A stretch of 41,528 nucleotides of DNA from Chiloscyllium plagiosum (GCF_004010195.1 NC_057718.1:369796-411323), one strand, 5' to 3'. Positions 22,401 through 34,887 are shown, counted from the first letter of the stretch. The notes: generated by a model not told the origin, from the letters alone. Program-made: numbers and translations.

Positions 22401-25400
22401 ATTAAACACACTGCTCACTGTCACAGGGCAGATTGGGGTATAATCACACACACTGCTCACTGTCACAGTGCAGACTGGGGTATAATCCACACACACTGCT
22501 CACTGTCACAGGGAAGACTGGGGTATAATCACACACACTGCTCACTGTCACAGGACAGACTGGCGTATAATCACACACACTGCTCACTGTCACAGGACAG
22601 ACTGGGGTATAATTACACACACTGCTCTCTGTCACAGGGCAGACTGAGGTATAATCACACACACTGTTCACTGTCACAGGGCAGACTGGGGTATAATCAC
22701 ACACACTGTTCAATGTCACAGGGCAGACTGGGGTATAACCCTCACACACTGCTCACTGTCACAGGGCAGACTGGGGTATAATCACACACACTGCACACAG
22801 ACACTGAGCAGAATGGGGTCTAATCACACACACTGCTCACTGTCATTGGGTGGACTGGGGTACAATCACACTCACTGTTCACTGTCACAGGGCAGACTGG
22901 GGTATAATCCACACACACTGCACACAGATACAGGACAGACTGGGGTATAATCACCAATACTGCTCACTGTCACAGGGCAGACTGGGGTATAATTACACAC
23001 ACTGCTCTCTGTCACAGGGCAGATTGGCGTCTAATCATACACACTGTTCACTGTCACAGGGCAGAGTGGGGTATAATCACACACACTGCTCACTGTCACA
23101 GGGCAGACTGGGGTATAATCACACACACTGTCCACTGTCACAGGGCTGACTAGGGTATTAACACACACTACTCACTGTCACAGTGCAGACTGGGGTATAA
23201 CCACACAAACTGCTCACTGTCACAGGGCAGACTGGGGTATAATCACACAAACTGCACACAGACACAAGGAAGAATGGGGTCTAATCACACACTGCTCACT
23301 GTCACAGGGCAGACTGGGGTATAATCCACACACACTGCTCACTGTCACAGGTCTGAATGGGGTATAATCACACACACTGCTCACTATCAGAGGGCAGAGT
23401 GGGGTATAATCCACACACACTGCTCACTGTCACAGGGCAGAGTGGGGTATAATCACACAGACTGCTCACTGTCACAGGGCAGACTGGGGTGTANNNNNNN
23501 NNNNNNNNNNNNNNNNNNNNNNNNNNNNNNNNNNNNNNNNNNNNNNNNNNNNNNNNNNNNNNNNNNNNNNNNNNNNNNNNNNNNNNNNNNNNNNNNNNNN
23601 NNNNNNNNNNNNNNNNNNNNNNNNNNNNNNNNNNNNNNNNNNNNNNNNNNNNNNNNNNNNNNNNNNNNNNNNNNNNNNNNNNNNNNNNNNNNNNNNNNNN
23701 NNNNNNNNNNNNNNNNNNNNNNNNNNNNNNNNNNNNNNNNNNNNNNNNNNNNNNNNNNNNNNNNNNNNNNNNNNNNNNNNNNNNNNNNNNNNNNNNNNNN
23801 NNNNNNNNNNNNNNNNNNNNNNNNNNNNNNNNNNNNNNNNNNNNNNNNNNNNNNNNNNNNNNNNNNNNNNNNNNNNNNNNNNNNNNNNNNNNNNNNNNNN
23901 NNNNNNNNNNNNNNNNNNNNNNNNNNNNNNNNNNNNNNNNNNNNNNNNNNNNNNNNNNNNNNNNNNNNNNNNNNNNNNNNNNNNNNNNNNNNNTCACTGT
24001 CACAGGGCAGACTGGGGAATAATCACACACACTGCTCACTGTCACATGACAGATTGGGTTTTCATCCACACAAACTGCACACAGACACAGAGCAGAATGG
24101 GGTCTAATCACACTCACTGCTCACTGTCACAGTGCAGACTGGGGTATAATCACACTCACTGCTCACTGTCACAGTGCAGACTGGGGTATAATCACACTCA
24201 CTGTTCACTGTCACAGGGCAGAGTGGGGTATAATCCACACACACTGCTCACTGTCACAGGGCAGACCGGGGTATAATCACACACACTGCTCACTGTCACA
24301 GTGCAGACTGGGGTTTAATCACACACACTGCTCACTGTCACTGGGCAGACTGGGGTATAATCACACACACTGCTCACTGTCACAGGGCAGACTGGGGTAC
24401 AATCACACACACTGCTCACTGTCACAGGGCAGACTGTGGTATAACTACACACATTGCTCACTGTCGGAGGGCAGACTGGGGTATAACTACACACACTGCT
24501 CACTGTCACAGGGCAGACTGGTGTATAATCATACACACTGCACACTGTCACAGTGCAGACTGGGGTATAATCATACACACTGGGCACTGTCACAGGGCAG
24601 ACTGGGGTATAACTTCACACACTGCTCACTGTCACAGTGCAGACTGGGGTATAATCATACACACTGCGCACTGTCACAGGGCAGACTGGCGTATAATCCA
24701 CACACACTGCACACAGATACAGGACAGACTGGGGTATAATCACACACACTGCTCACTGTCACAGGGCAGACTGGGGTATAATCACACACGCTGCTCACTG
24801 TCACAGGGCAGACTGGGATATAATCACACACGCTGCGCACTGTCACAGGGCAGACTGGGGTATAATCACACACACTGCTCACTGTCTCAGGGCAGACTGG
24901 GGTATAATCCACACACACTGCTCATTGTCACAGGGCAGAGTGGGGTATAATCACACACACTGCTCATTGTCACAGGGCAGATTGGGGTATAATCACACAC
25001 ACTGCTCACTGTCACAGGGCAGACTGGGGTATAATTACACACACTGCTCACTGTCACAGGACACACTGGGGTATAACCACACACACTGCTCACTGTCACA
25101 GTGCAGACTGGGGTATTAACACACACTACTCACTGTCACAGGGCAGACTGGGGTATAATCACACACACTGCTCACTGTCAAAGGGCAGACTGGGGTATGA
25201 CCACACACACTGATCACTGTCACAGGGCAGACTGGAGTATAATTACACTCACTGCTCACTGTCACAGTGCAGACTGGGGTCTAACCACACACACTGCTCA
25301 CTGTCACAGGGCAGACTGGGGTATAATCACACTCACTACTCACTGTCAAAGGGCAGACTGGGTTATAATCACACTCACTGTCAAAGGGCAGACTGGGTTA

Positions 25401-26787
25401 TAATCACACTCACTGCTCACTGTCACAGGGCAGACTGGAGTCTACCCACACACACTGCTCACTGTCACAGGGCAGAGTGGGGTATAATCACACACACTGC
25501 TCACTGTCACAGTGCAGACAAGGGTATAATCACACAGTGCTCACTGTCACAGGGCATATTGGGGTATAACTACACACACTGCTCACTGTCACAGGGCAGA
25601 CTGGGGTACAACCACACACACTGCTCACTGTCACAGGGCAGACTGGGGTATAATCACACACGGTGCTCACTGTCACAGGGCAGACTGGGGTATTAACACA
25701 CACACTGCTCACTGTCACAGGGCAGACTGGGGTATAATCACACACATTGCTCACTGTCACAGGGCAGACTGGGGTATAACAACACACACTGCTCACTGTC
25801 ACAGAGCAGTCTGGGGTATTACCACACATTGCTCACTGTCACAGGGCAGACTGGGGTATTATGACACTCACAGCTCACTGTCACAGGGCAGACTGGGGTA
25901 TTATGACACTCACAGCTCACTGTCACAGGGCAGACTGGGGTACAACCACACACACTGCTCACTGTCACAGGGCAGACTGGGGTATAACCACACACATTGC
26001 TCACTGTCACAGGGCAGACTGGAGTCTACCCACACACACGGCTCACTGTCACAGGGCAGACTAGGGTATAACCACACACACTGCTCACTGTCACAGGGCA
26101 GACTAGGGTATATCCACACACACTGCACACTGTCACAGGGCAGACTGGGGTATAATCCCACACACACTGCTCACTGTCACAGGACAGACTGCGGAATAAT
26201 CACACACACTGCACACAGACCCAGGGCAGACTGGGGTATAATCACACACACTGCTCACTGTCACAGGGCAGACTGGGGTATAATCACACACACTGCTCAC
26301 TGTCACAGGGCAGACTGGGTTATATCCACACACACTGCTCACTGTCACGGGGCAGACTGGGGTATAATCACACACTGCTCACTGTAACATGGAAGTCTGG
26401 GGTATTACCACACACACTGCACACAGACACAGGGCAGACTGGGTTATATCCACACACACTGCTCACTGTCACGGGGCAGACTGGGGTATAATCGCACACT
26501 GCACACAGACACAGGGCAGACTGGAGTATAATCACACACTGCTCATTGTAACAGGGAAGTCTGGGGTATTACCACACACACTGCACACAGACAAAGGGCA
26601 GACTGGGGTATAACTACACCCACCGCTCATTGTCACAGGTCAGGCTCGGCTATAGTCACACACACTGCTCACTGTCACAGGGCAGACTGGGGTATAATCA
26701 CACACTGCTCACTGTCACAGGGCAGGCTGGGGTATAATCACACACTGCTCACTGTCACAGGGCAGAGCGGGGTATTACACACTGCTC
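19467..26787. repeat. Tandem satellite array with a 42-bp unit, ~7.3 kb including a gap
   Basis: Consensus CACACACACTGCTCACTGTCACAGGGCAGACTGGGGTATAAT. The 14-aa periodicity in the ORF track (VSSVCDYTPVCPVT) confirms 42 bp. Confidence 0.98.
23494..23993. other. Assembly gap (500 N, probably a fixed-size scaffold join)
   Basis: Run of N inside the satellite. Confidence 1.
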
Positions 26788-26799
26788 CCAATGACAACT

Positions 26800-27056
26800 G
26801 ATGAAATTTAAAATCAATGAAAGAAAGGTGCTTGTGCCAATGTTGGGGATGATGAAAACAATCTTGATCATCATAAAACCCAGTCTGGTTTACACAGTAT
26901 CTTTACTGTCCTGCCCTGACCCGGCCTCCATTTGACCCCCGACCTGCAGCAGTGTGGTTTACTCTTTACTGCTGTATGAAATGGCTGTGCACCACTCAGT
27001 TCAAAGTTAATTAGAGTCCAGTAAGAAATGTTGGTGCTGCCCTCAGCCCATGGAAG
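26800..27056 (+). mobile_element. Degenerate SINE-like copy: the old-LINE leader joined to a 3' tail
   Basis: taaaacccagtctggtt..cagcagtgtggtttactcttt..gaaatggctgtgcaccactcagttcaaag matches 37145-37300, then runs into a tail like 32135-32190. Confidence 0.5.
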
Positions 27057-27064
27057 AATCGATC

Positions 27065-27560
27065 AAGTGCAATGTGGTTAAGTGTGAAACTATTCACTTT
27101 GATCGTCAGACAAACGGAAAAGCATAATATTTCTTAAATGGTGAGAATCTGTCAATGGCAGATGTCCAAAAGGTTCTGGATGTTGGAAATAAAGATGCAC
27201 TGCTGCAGTTGGATCGAGCCTTGGGAAGATCTCACCTACTTGCCACAGAATTGAGGTTGAGAATGGAGGTTAATCCCTGGGGTTATCGACATGTCTTTGA
27301 GGTCAAATGGAGGAAACTGGACCTGGATTGTGTAGAGTTTTGAAGAATGAAGGGCTAATCTTATTAAAATTTACAACAATTTTACTAGGTGTAAAGAGGT
27401 AGGTTTAGATTCCTTGTTTCCATTGGCTGGTGATTCTAAAACATGGGGACATCATTTCAAAATGAAGTCAGTTGGAATTTCTTCACCCAGATGTTAGCAA
27501 ATCTTTATAAGACTGAGCTAGGTAGTTTCTTGATCATCAAGGGGTTCAAAGGTTACCAGA
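27065..27560 (+). mobile_element. Degenerate CR1 RT C-terminal fragment
   Basis: NVVKCETIHF..; LFPLAGDSKTWGHHFK; FFTQMLANL. Confidence 0.6.
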
Positions 27561-28062
27561 AGTGAGTTTTGAGAAGGTTTCTAGGTCAGGTTGAGGTTCT
27601 GGATGTAAGTTTGATTGCTGAGCTGGAAGGTTCATTTTCAGACGTTTCGTCACCATACTGGGTAACATAATCAGTGAGCTTCTGGTGAGGCACTGGTGTT
27701 ATGTCCAGCTTTTTATTGTATTGTTTAGGTTTTTTTGGGTTGGTGACGGTATTTCCTGTTCTTTTTCTCAGACGGGGGTAGATGGGGTCCAAGCTGATGT
27801 GTTTGTTGATAGAGTTCAGGTTGGAATGCCATGCTTCTAGGAATTCTCGTGCATGTCTCTGTTTGGCTTGTCCTAGGATGGATGTGTTGTCCCAGTCGAA
27901 GTGGTGTCCTTCCTCATCTGTATGTAAGGATACTTGTGAGAGAGGGTCATGTCTTTTTGTGGTTAGTTGGTGTTCATGTATCATGGTGGCTAGTTTTCTG
28001 CCTGTTTGTCCAATGTAGTGTTTGTTACAGTCCTTGCACGGGCTTTTGTAAATGACGTTTTG
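27561..28062 (-). mobile_element. Penelope-like element 3' fragment (GIY-YIG plus HHR tail)
   Basis: NVIYKSPCKDCNKHYIGQTGRKLATMIHEH..REFLEAWHSNLNSIN. HHR at 27641-27674(-): CTGATTA-tGTTACCcagtatGGTGAC-GAAACGTC. Confidence 0.92.
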
Positions 28063-28925
28063 GCACCTACCACTCTCTGTGTAAATACCTTGCCTCACAT
28101 ATCTCCTTATCACCTTAAATCTATGCTTCCTAGTATTTGGCATTTCCACCCTTGGAAAAAGACTCTGACTATCACCTGATCCATGCCTTTTATAATTTTA
28201 TAGACTTCTATCAGGCCACTCTTCAGACTCCAATGCTCTCACAGAAACATTCCAAGTTTGTCCAACCTTTCCTTAAAGCTCATACCCTCTAATCCAGGCA
28301 ACATCCTGGTGAACCTCTGTCGTACTCTCTCCAAAGCCTTCACATCCTTCCTATCTGATGCCTACAGCTTGGTAGAACAACTGCTCTGTGCATGACTGCA
28401 AGAAATTACAGAGAGTCATGAACGCAGCCCAGTCCATCCCACAAATAATCTCTCATCTATTGACTCTGTCTGTACTTCCCACTGCCTCAGGGAAGCAGCC
28501 AATGTCATCAAAAACCCCTCCCAACCTGTTATACTCTCTTCCATTGGCTAGAAGGTATGAAAGTTTGAAAACACATACCAACAGACTCAAGATCAGCTTC
28601 TTCCCCTTTGTTACCAGACTTATGAACAGACCTCTCATATATGAGAATTGATCTTTCTCTGAACCTTCTCTGTAGCTGTAAAACTATATTCTGCATTCAG
28701 TTCTATTACCCTGATGTACTTATGTAAGGTATGATTTGTCTGGATAGCACGCAATACAATACTTTTCACTGTATCTCAGCAAATGTGACAGTAATAAATC
28801 AAGTCAAATCACCTTTGGTATGGTGACTAGAACTGCACAAAAGATTGCAAATGTGGTCTTACTAAAGTTTCATTCAGTTGTCAATTCTTATATTCGGTGT
28901 TCTGACTGATGAAGACAGGAATAGT
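28063..28925 (-). mobile_element. CR1 3' fragment interrupted by a Rex1/Babar piece
   Basis: 28063-28354 is the RT C-terminus. It resumes at ~28812 (ggtgactagaactgcac, i.e. VQF*SP on the minus strand). Confidence 0.75.
28355..28811 (+). mobile_element. Rex1/Babar-like LINE 3' end
   Basis: AW*NNCSVHDCKKLQRVMNAAQSI...LPLARRYESLKTHTNRLKISFFPFVTRLMN, a typical Rex1-type C-terminus. Tail aataaatcaagtcaaatc. Confidence 0.8.
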
Positions 28926-29109
28926 ATCTGGGAATTTTCAGTGTAAGTTCTCTCCTTTGTCCTTGAGTGGACCTATCCTTTCCCGAGCTATCGTCTTGCT
29001 CCTAATTTACATATAAATGCTCTTATACAATGTCTCGTATGGCTCCTTCCCTACCTGGACTATGTACGTATTGTTTCAAGAGTACCTTTTTGATACAGAT
29101 CATAAATTC

Positions 29110-29430
29110 TACCTCATCTAAGCCTGTGGCACTAACAGAGTACGAGTGAAGATTGGGGGAATTAAAATCACCCACTACAACAACTCTACCTGTTATTGCA
29201 TTAAAATAAATACAGACCAGACCACCAGTCCCACTGTGTTCAGTACCTGGTCCTACCTGTTCCTCCTGTTAGGCTTCTTCCTAATCTTTCCCTTCACAAT
29301 CTCTCCACATGCCGACCTGCTGCTCAGGTTCCCATCCCATGACACACTCATTTTAATCTCTCCTGAGTGGCACTCCCATACTTCCCTGTAAGGGTTTTGG
29401 TGCCCCTCAGTTTCAGTGCAACCTTTGTCT
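29110..29430 (-). mobile_element. Old CR1 ORF1/ORF2 junction remnant
   Basis: gctcaggttcccatccc..cactcatttta..agtttcagtgcaacc aligns with 8670-8780 of the full-length CR1. Confidence 0.45.
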
Positions 29431-29432
29431 AT

Positions 29433-29682
29433 GGTCATGATGTGGATGTGTCGGCTGGATGGACCCGTCAGAAGGCACACAACACCAGGTTATACACCTG
29501 GAGCAGATCATATACTCCACAACCACCTGATGAAGGAGCAGCGCTCTGAAAGCTAGTGCTTCCAAATAAACCTGTTGGACTATAACTTGATGTTGTGTGA
29601 TTTTTAACTTTGTCCACCCCAGGCCAACACCGGCACCTCCACATCATGTTGGATTATAACCTGGTGTTGTGTTACTTCTGAC
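29433..29682. mobile_element. Composite of HHR family B tails: outer inverted arms plus an inner sense copy
   Basis: Arms 29467-29494 and 29655-29682 are reverse complements. Inner copy ~29500-29647. Confidence 0.75.
29527..29555 (+). ncRNA. Minimal hammerhead ribozyme motif, family B, intact core
   Basis: cac-CTGATGA-a-GGAGC-agc-GCTCT-GAAAGCTA-gtg. Palindromic AGCU; 3-bp helix I cac/gtg. Confidence 0.75.
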
Positions 29683-29734
29683 TTGGTTTCTGTCATTCAT
29701 TACATCTTTGCTACCATTTGCAGGTTGTAAGGAT

Positions 29735-29925
29735 TTGGGTTGTAAGGGCTGGACAGCTGGTTTGTGACACAGAGTAACACTAACAGTACAGGTTCAATTC
29801 CTACATTAGCTGAGGTTAACCATGAAAATCCTGCTTTTTCTGTGATCCTCATGTTAAACTCACCACCAGCTATTTCTCAGTCTCTAATGAGAGAGCGGAC
29901 CTCTGGGACAGTGGTATCTTTAACG
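29735..29925 (+). mobile_element. tRNA-derived SINE, degenerate
   Basis: B-box GGTTCAATTCC at 29791-29801 after a decayed A-box region. Confidence 0.5.
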
Positions 29926-30486
29926 ACATTATTACAAGGCTGTTGGGAGGGCCTAGTGTCAGCTCTGTCTCCCCCAAGGTTTGACTTTCCTCTCCCACCA
30001 AGTCTTTATGATATCATCACATTGGGTGGTGTTTCCTGGATGCACTCAGGTTTCAGACCCTAAAACAACACAATGCACTGTAGCAGTGTATTCATAGTAG
30101 CACTGGGTATAGGAATGTACCCACATAATTTGCAGTTTCACAGTGGGTGCAAGATATCATGATTCTGCAAAATGACAACACTCCCAGGAGCTGATTTGTA
30201 GAACTTTTAGAAGGTCCCACTGAATAGAGTGAAGAGGAAGTAAATCATTCATAATTTTCTAACTCAGTTTCTGGGATGTTTTGTGTTCCAATCACTGTTA
30301 TCTGAGGGACAATGAACTTCCAGAAAGAATGCAAGAGATTTCGGAGGCAGGAAATGTTTCAAAGGGCTTTCAACTCAGTCCCATCAAGAATAGTGCAGTG
30401 ACTTCAATATCCAACCAGAGATAAACATAGTAATTGAAAAATACTCACCCAAATGTTAACCCCTTGTACTCACAGAAACTGATGCT

Positions 30487-31716
30487 TTGTGAGGGGCAGG
30501 CCATGCCACACAAACCTTATTGAATTCCTTGAGGATGTGACAAAACACATTGATGAAGATAGAGCAGTGGATGTGGTGTACATGGATTTTAGCGAGGCAT
30601 TTGATAAACGTTCCCATGGTACACTCATTTAGAAAATAAGGAGGCATGGATTCAGGGAATTTTGGCTGTGTGGATACAGAATTGGATGGCCTATAGAAGT
30701 CAGAGGGTGATGGTAGATAGAAAGTATTCAGCCTGGAAATCGGTGACCAGTGGTGTTCCACAGGGATTGGTTCTGGGATCTCTGCTCCTTGTGATTTTTA
30801 TAAATGACTTGGATAAGGAAGTGGAATGATGGGTTGGTAAGTTTGCTGATGACACCAAGGTTGGTGTTGTGAATAGAGTGGTGAGCTGTTATAGGTTGCA
30901 ACAGGACATTGACAGGATGCAGAGCTGGGCTGAGAAGTGGCAGATGGAGTTCAACCTGGAAAAGTGTGAAGTGATTCATTTTGGAAGAGTTAAAGGCAGG
31001 ATTCTTGGCAGTGTGGAGGAACAGAGGGATCTTTGGGTCCATGTCCATGCATCCCTCAAAGTTGTTACCTGAGTTGATAGGGTTGTTAAGAAAGCGTATG
31101 GTGTGTTGGCTTTCATTATCAGGGGGACTGAGTTTCGGAGACATGAGGTTATGCTACAGCTCTATAAAGCCCTGGCTAGATGACACTTGGAATATTGTGT
31201 TCAGTTCGGGTTGCGTCTTTATAGGAAGGATGTGGAAGCTTTAGAGAGGGTGCAGAGGAGATTTACCAGGGTGCTGCCTGGAGTGGGGGGGCATGTCTTA
31301 TGAAGAAAGGTTGAGGGAGCTAGGGCTTTTCTTATTGGGGTGAAGAAGGATGAGAGGTGACTTGATAGAGTTGTACAAGATGATGAGAGGCATCGATAGA
31401 GTGGATAGCCAGAGACTGTTTCCCAGTGGCTATCACAAGGGAGCATAATTTTAAGGTGATTGGAGGAAGAGTTAGGGGAGATGTCAGAGGTAAGTTCTTT
31501 CCACAGAGAATGGTGGGTGTGTGAGAATGGACTGCTGGCAGTGGGAGTAGAGTCAGATACATTAGGGACATTTAAGCGACTGTTGGATAGGCCCATGGAT
31601 GATAGTAAAATGAAGGGTATGTAGATTAGTTTGATCTTAGAACAGGATAGAAAGCCGGCACAACATTGAGGGCCGAAGGGCTTGTACTATGCAGTACTGT
31701 TCTATGTTTTATGTTC
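30487..31716 (+). mobile_element. 5'-truncated CR1 LINE (RT and tail), decayed
   Basis: GRPCHTNLIEFLE..AVDVVYMDFSEAFD..SGVPQGLVLG..KFADDTK. Tail gttctatgttttatgttc. Confidence 0.9.
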
Positions 31717-32064
31717 AAGGGGATAAAATGACAGCAGCACTACTCAGTGCAGTGTGATGTTAAACACTTGCCTAACATTTGTTTAAACTCAACCTTTTAG
31801 CCCATGTTCTTGATCTGACTCTCTGCAAATTGCCGTTCAAGGCTTGGCAACTTTATTGGTATGACTGCTGTTGCTCTGGGAAACAAGATCAGAAACAAAC
31901 CACCCAATGAACCTGACTCACCAATCAATAAGATCACAGCTGATCTCTTTGTGATTCTCATTCTATTTTCCAATATCCCCCATAATCTTTGATTCTCTTA
32001 TCGAATAAGAATCTATCCAGTAGAAATGTTTCTGAATAAATGCCATTGATCTTGAAATTCTCTC

Positions 32065-32200
32065 CCAAAGGGATGTTTGTCTGCAACACATGGACTGTAG
32101 CAGTTCAAGAAGGCAGCTCACCAGAACCTTCTCAAGGACAACTAGGGATGAGCAATAAATACTGGCCCAGCCAGCGACGCCCACAAGTGAATAAAACAAA
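32065..32200 (+). mobile_element. 3' tail of the older LINE family
   Basis: cagttcaagaaggcagctcacca..ccttctcaaggacaactagggatgagcaataaatactggcccagccagcgacgcccaca. Confidence 0.6.
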
Positions 32201-32494
32201 AGCTAGGTTTTCCAGCATTTTCTGTTTTTATATAAGAATCAATTTGCCTCAGTCTTTAAAATATTTAGTGACCCATTGCCAGTGCCTTCTGAGTGTTATG
32301 TTCACTGGGGGGGTGTGGTACACTGGAAATCAAGCCCAGCTATTCCCAGGGGCACAAAAATCAAAACATTTATGTATTATGCAAAGTTCGTCAATTTATC
32401 TGGCTTTCAGACCCAGGTTAACAGAAAGCATAGACCACAATTCTATACTGAACAAGAATCACTATTTATTACAATAGACTCGAGCTACAGGTAA

Positions 32495-33260
32495 AAAGTT
32501 AGAAACATTGGCAAATAGCACTATTAGAGTCTAATGTGGAAAAATGTGAAGTTGTCAATTTTGGAAGGGCAAATAAAAGAACAGTATTATTCAAATTGCA
32601 AAAGTTGCAACACAAAGGGACATGGAGGTACTCGTGCATGAAATCCATAAAACTAGCACTCAGGAGCAGCAGGTAAACAGGAATGGTCATGGAACTGCGA
32701 CAATACAAGGTGCTGGGGAGACCACATCTGGTCCTCTTACTTAAGAAAAGATATTGTTTCATTGAAGGCAGCTCAAAGAAGGATCACTCGGATGATCCCT
32801 GGTATGGAAGGATTGTCTTTGGAGTAAATGCTAAACAGGCTGGGTCTCTGCTCACTGGAGCTTAGAAGAAAGAGGGGTGATCTCATTGGAACCTATCGGA
32901 TTCTGAAGGGACTTGATAGGGTCAATGCTGAGAGGATGGTTCCCCTCATGGGAGAGTCTAGGACCAGAGAACACAGTCTCAGAATAAAGGGGCACCAATT
33001 TAAGGCTGAGCTGAGGAGGAATTTCTTCTCTCAGAGGGTTGAGAGTCTTTGGAACTCCTTGTCACAGAGAGAGCTGTGGGGGCAGAGTCCGTGTGTATAT
33101 TTAAGGCTGAGAGAGATTGATTCTTGATCAGTCAGGGAATCAAGGGTTACTGGGAAAGGGCAGGAAGGTGGATGTGAGGTATTTCGTATCATCCTTGATC
33201 CTATTGGATGGTGGAGCAGGCTCAAGGGACTGAATGACCTCCTGCTGTTCCTATTTCTTA
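32495..33260 (+). mobile_element. 5'-truncated CR1 LINE, decayed
   Basis: ORF 32828..33127 LNRLGLCSLELRRKRGDLI..FFSQRVESLWNSL. Tail cctgctgttcctatttctta. Confidence 0.85.
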
Positions 33261-33767
33261 CGGCCTTGCTGTTAACTAAAACTCTCATTAGAAACTCGCT
33301 TATAAGCCCTGTTACACACACAAAGCAGGCAACAAGCAGGAACAACAAGATTATTGAGCAGAAAGGAAAAATGGGAAAGACAGTTTAACAATCTTTGTTG
33401 CCCGGTTCAGTTGCTGAGATGATCCTCTGATTGTCTTTCTCTGGGGTTTTTGACTGATTGGTAAGATATATCTGGTGGTTAGTTCACTTGCAAGGAGTCA
33501 CTGACTTTTCAGTTAAAAATCCCACCTTATAACAACAGTTTTAGGAATGATACACTGTTTTTCCTTCGGCTGGCAGTGAATGTTGATGTCACTGCAGAGA
33601 ACAGAGAGATACAGTCTCTGAACTGGGGAAGAACCAAATGCCTCCCATCTCTCTGTAACTTGTTTTCAGCTTCACTTACCTCAGAACCAATCACACAGCT
33701 GCTGGCAGGCAAAAAGGTGTCAGTCGTTGATAACTGGTCACTAGCCCCATACACCAATGAACTTCTT

Positions 33768-33822
33768 ATAGCCAGCTTATAGCCAGCAAATAGCCAGCAA
33801 ATAGCCAGCTTATAGCCAGCTT
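33768..33822. repeat. 11-bp tandem repeat, five copies
   Basis: ATAGCCAGC(TT/AA) repeated five times. Confidence 0.9.
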
Positions 33823-33921
33823 AAGCTGTACTTGTACAGCCCCTTGCTTCCAAATCGTCTCCAACTCAACATGCAATTACTGCTTGTTGGAGCAATTGTT
33901 CACATGATGCCTCAAAAGCAA

Positions 33922-34212
33922 GAACATAGAACATCGAACAGTACAGCACAGAACAGGCCCTTCAGCCCACCATGTTGTGCCGACCACTGATCCTCATGTA
34001 TGCACCCTCAAATTTCTGTGACCATATGTATGTCAAGGAGTCTCTTAAATGTCCCCAATGACCCTGCCTCCACAACTGCTGTTGGCAATGCATTCCATGC
34101 TCTCACAACTCTGACATCCCCTCTACACTTTCCTCCAACCAGCTTAAAACTATGACCCCTCATGTTAGTCATTTCTGCCCTGGGAAATAGTCTCTGGCTA
34201 TCGACTCTATCA
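33922..34212 (-). mobile_element. CR1 3' end
   Basis: gaacatagaacatcgaacagtacagcacagaacaggcccttcagcccac tail. Confidence 0.85.
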
Positions 34213-34607
34213 GATCAGCTTCCAAATCCAGGTTTTAAAAAGGGCTGGTTCCTCATTTCAGTCCCTGACTTTTAAAATAAAAAGTCACTGTCCTTACAGG
34301 AGCAGACAGTTCCAAAGCCACACAACCCTCTGAGAGCAAGCAATATCCCTCATTTTTATCGTCCAATAGGAGCTGAGCAAAGGCGTGAAACCTAATGGAA
34401 GGAAGGAACAGCACATGGCTATATTAATGAAGGGTTAATTAGATTGAACTTTTGTAAAAATTATGGGGATCTGACAATTACCAGGGTATGAGTTTCATGG
34501 ACTGCAACTGACTGAAATAAAGATCTCACATAAAAATCCAAACTTGAATTCTGTTTAAATACAGCTTTCATGTGGATTATATCACTTATCTTTGTCCTTA
34601 AAGAGAA

Positions 34608-34887
34608 CCTGAGGATGGTGATGGCTAGTACAAGGGGACATATCTTTAAACTGAGGGCTGATAGATATTGGACAGATGTCAGAGGTAATTTCTTTACTCA
34701 GAGAGTATTAAGGGTGTGGATCACCCTGCCTGCAAAAGGAGTAGACTCGTCACATTTAAGGGCATTTAAATGATTACTGGATAGACATTTGGATGATAAT
34801 GGAATAGTGTAGGTTAGATGGGCTTCAGATTGGTTTCACAGGTTAGCGCAATGGCCTGTACCACGCTGCATTGTTCTATGTTCTATG
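34608..34887 (+). mobile_element. CR1 3' end
   Basis: RMVMASTRGHIFKLR..FFTQRVLRVW. Tail ttgttctatgttctatg. Confidence 0.85.

Larger units (their letters stand above)
32294..34298 (-). mobile_element. Probable solo LTR carrying two nested CR1 insertions
   Basis: TGTTA...TTACA termini; 4-bp flanks TGAG/GGAG; AATAAA on the minus strand near 32465. The outer flanks rejoin as a CR1 3' region (ccttctgag|cagacagttccaaag). Confidence 0.55.

Noticed and set aside
19735..25515. CACAGTG in variant satellite units as V(D)J recombination signals
   Set aside because: No ACAAAAACC-like nonamer at 12- or 23-bp spacing, and no V/D/J segments.
19467..26613. Cys/His-rich repeat proteins (VSSVCDYTPVCPVT, HTHCSLSQGRLGYN)
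   Set aside because: Artefact of a unit length divisible by 3. Frames are broken constantly by 1-2 bp indels on both strands.
19467..26787. CRISPR-like array
   Set aside because: Units are contiguous with no unique spacers, there are no cas genes, and the context is eukaryotic.
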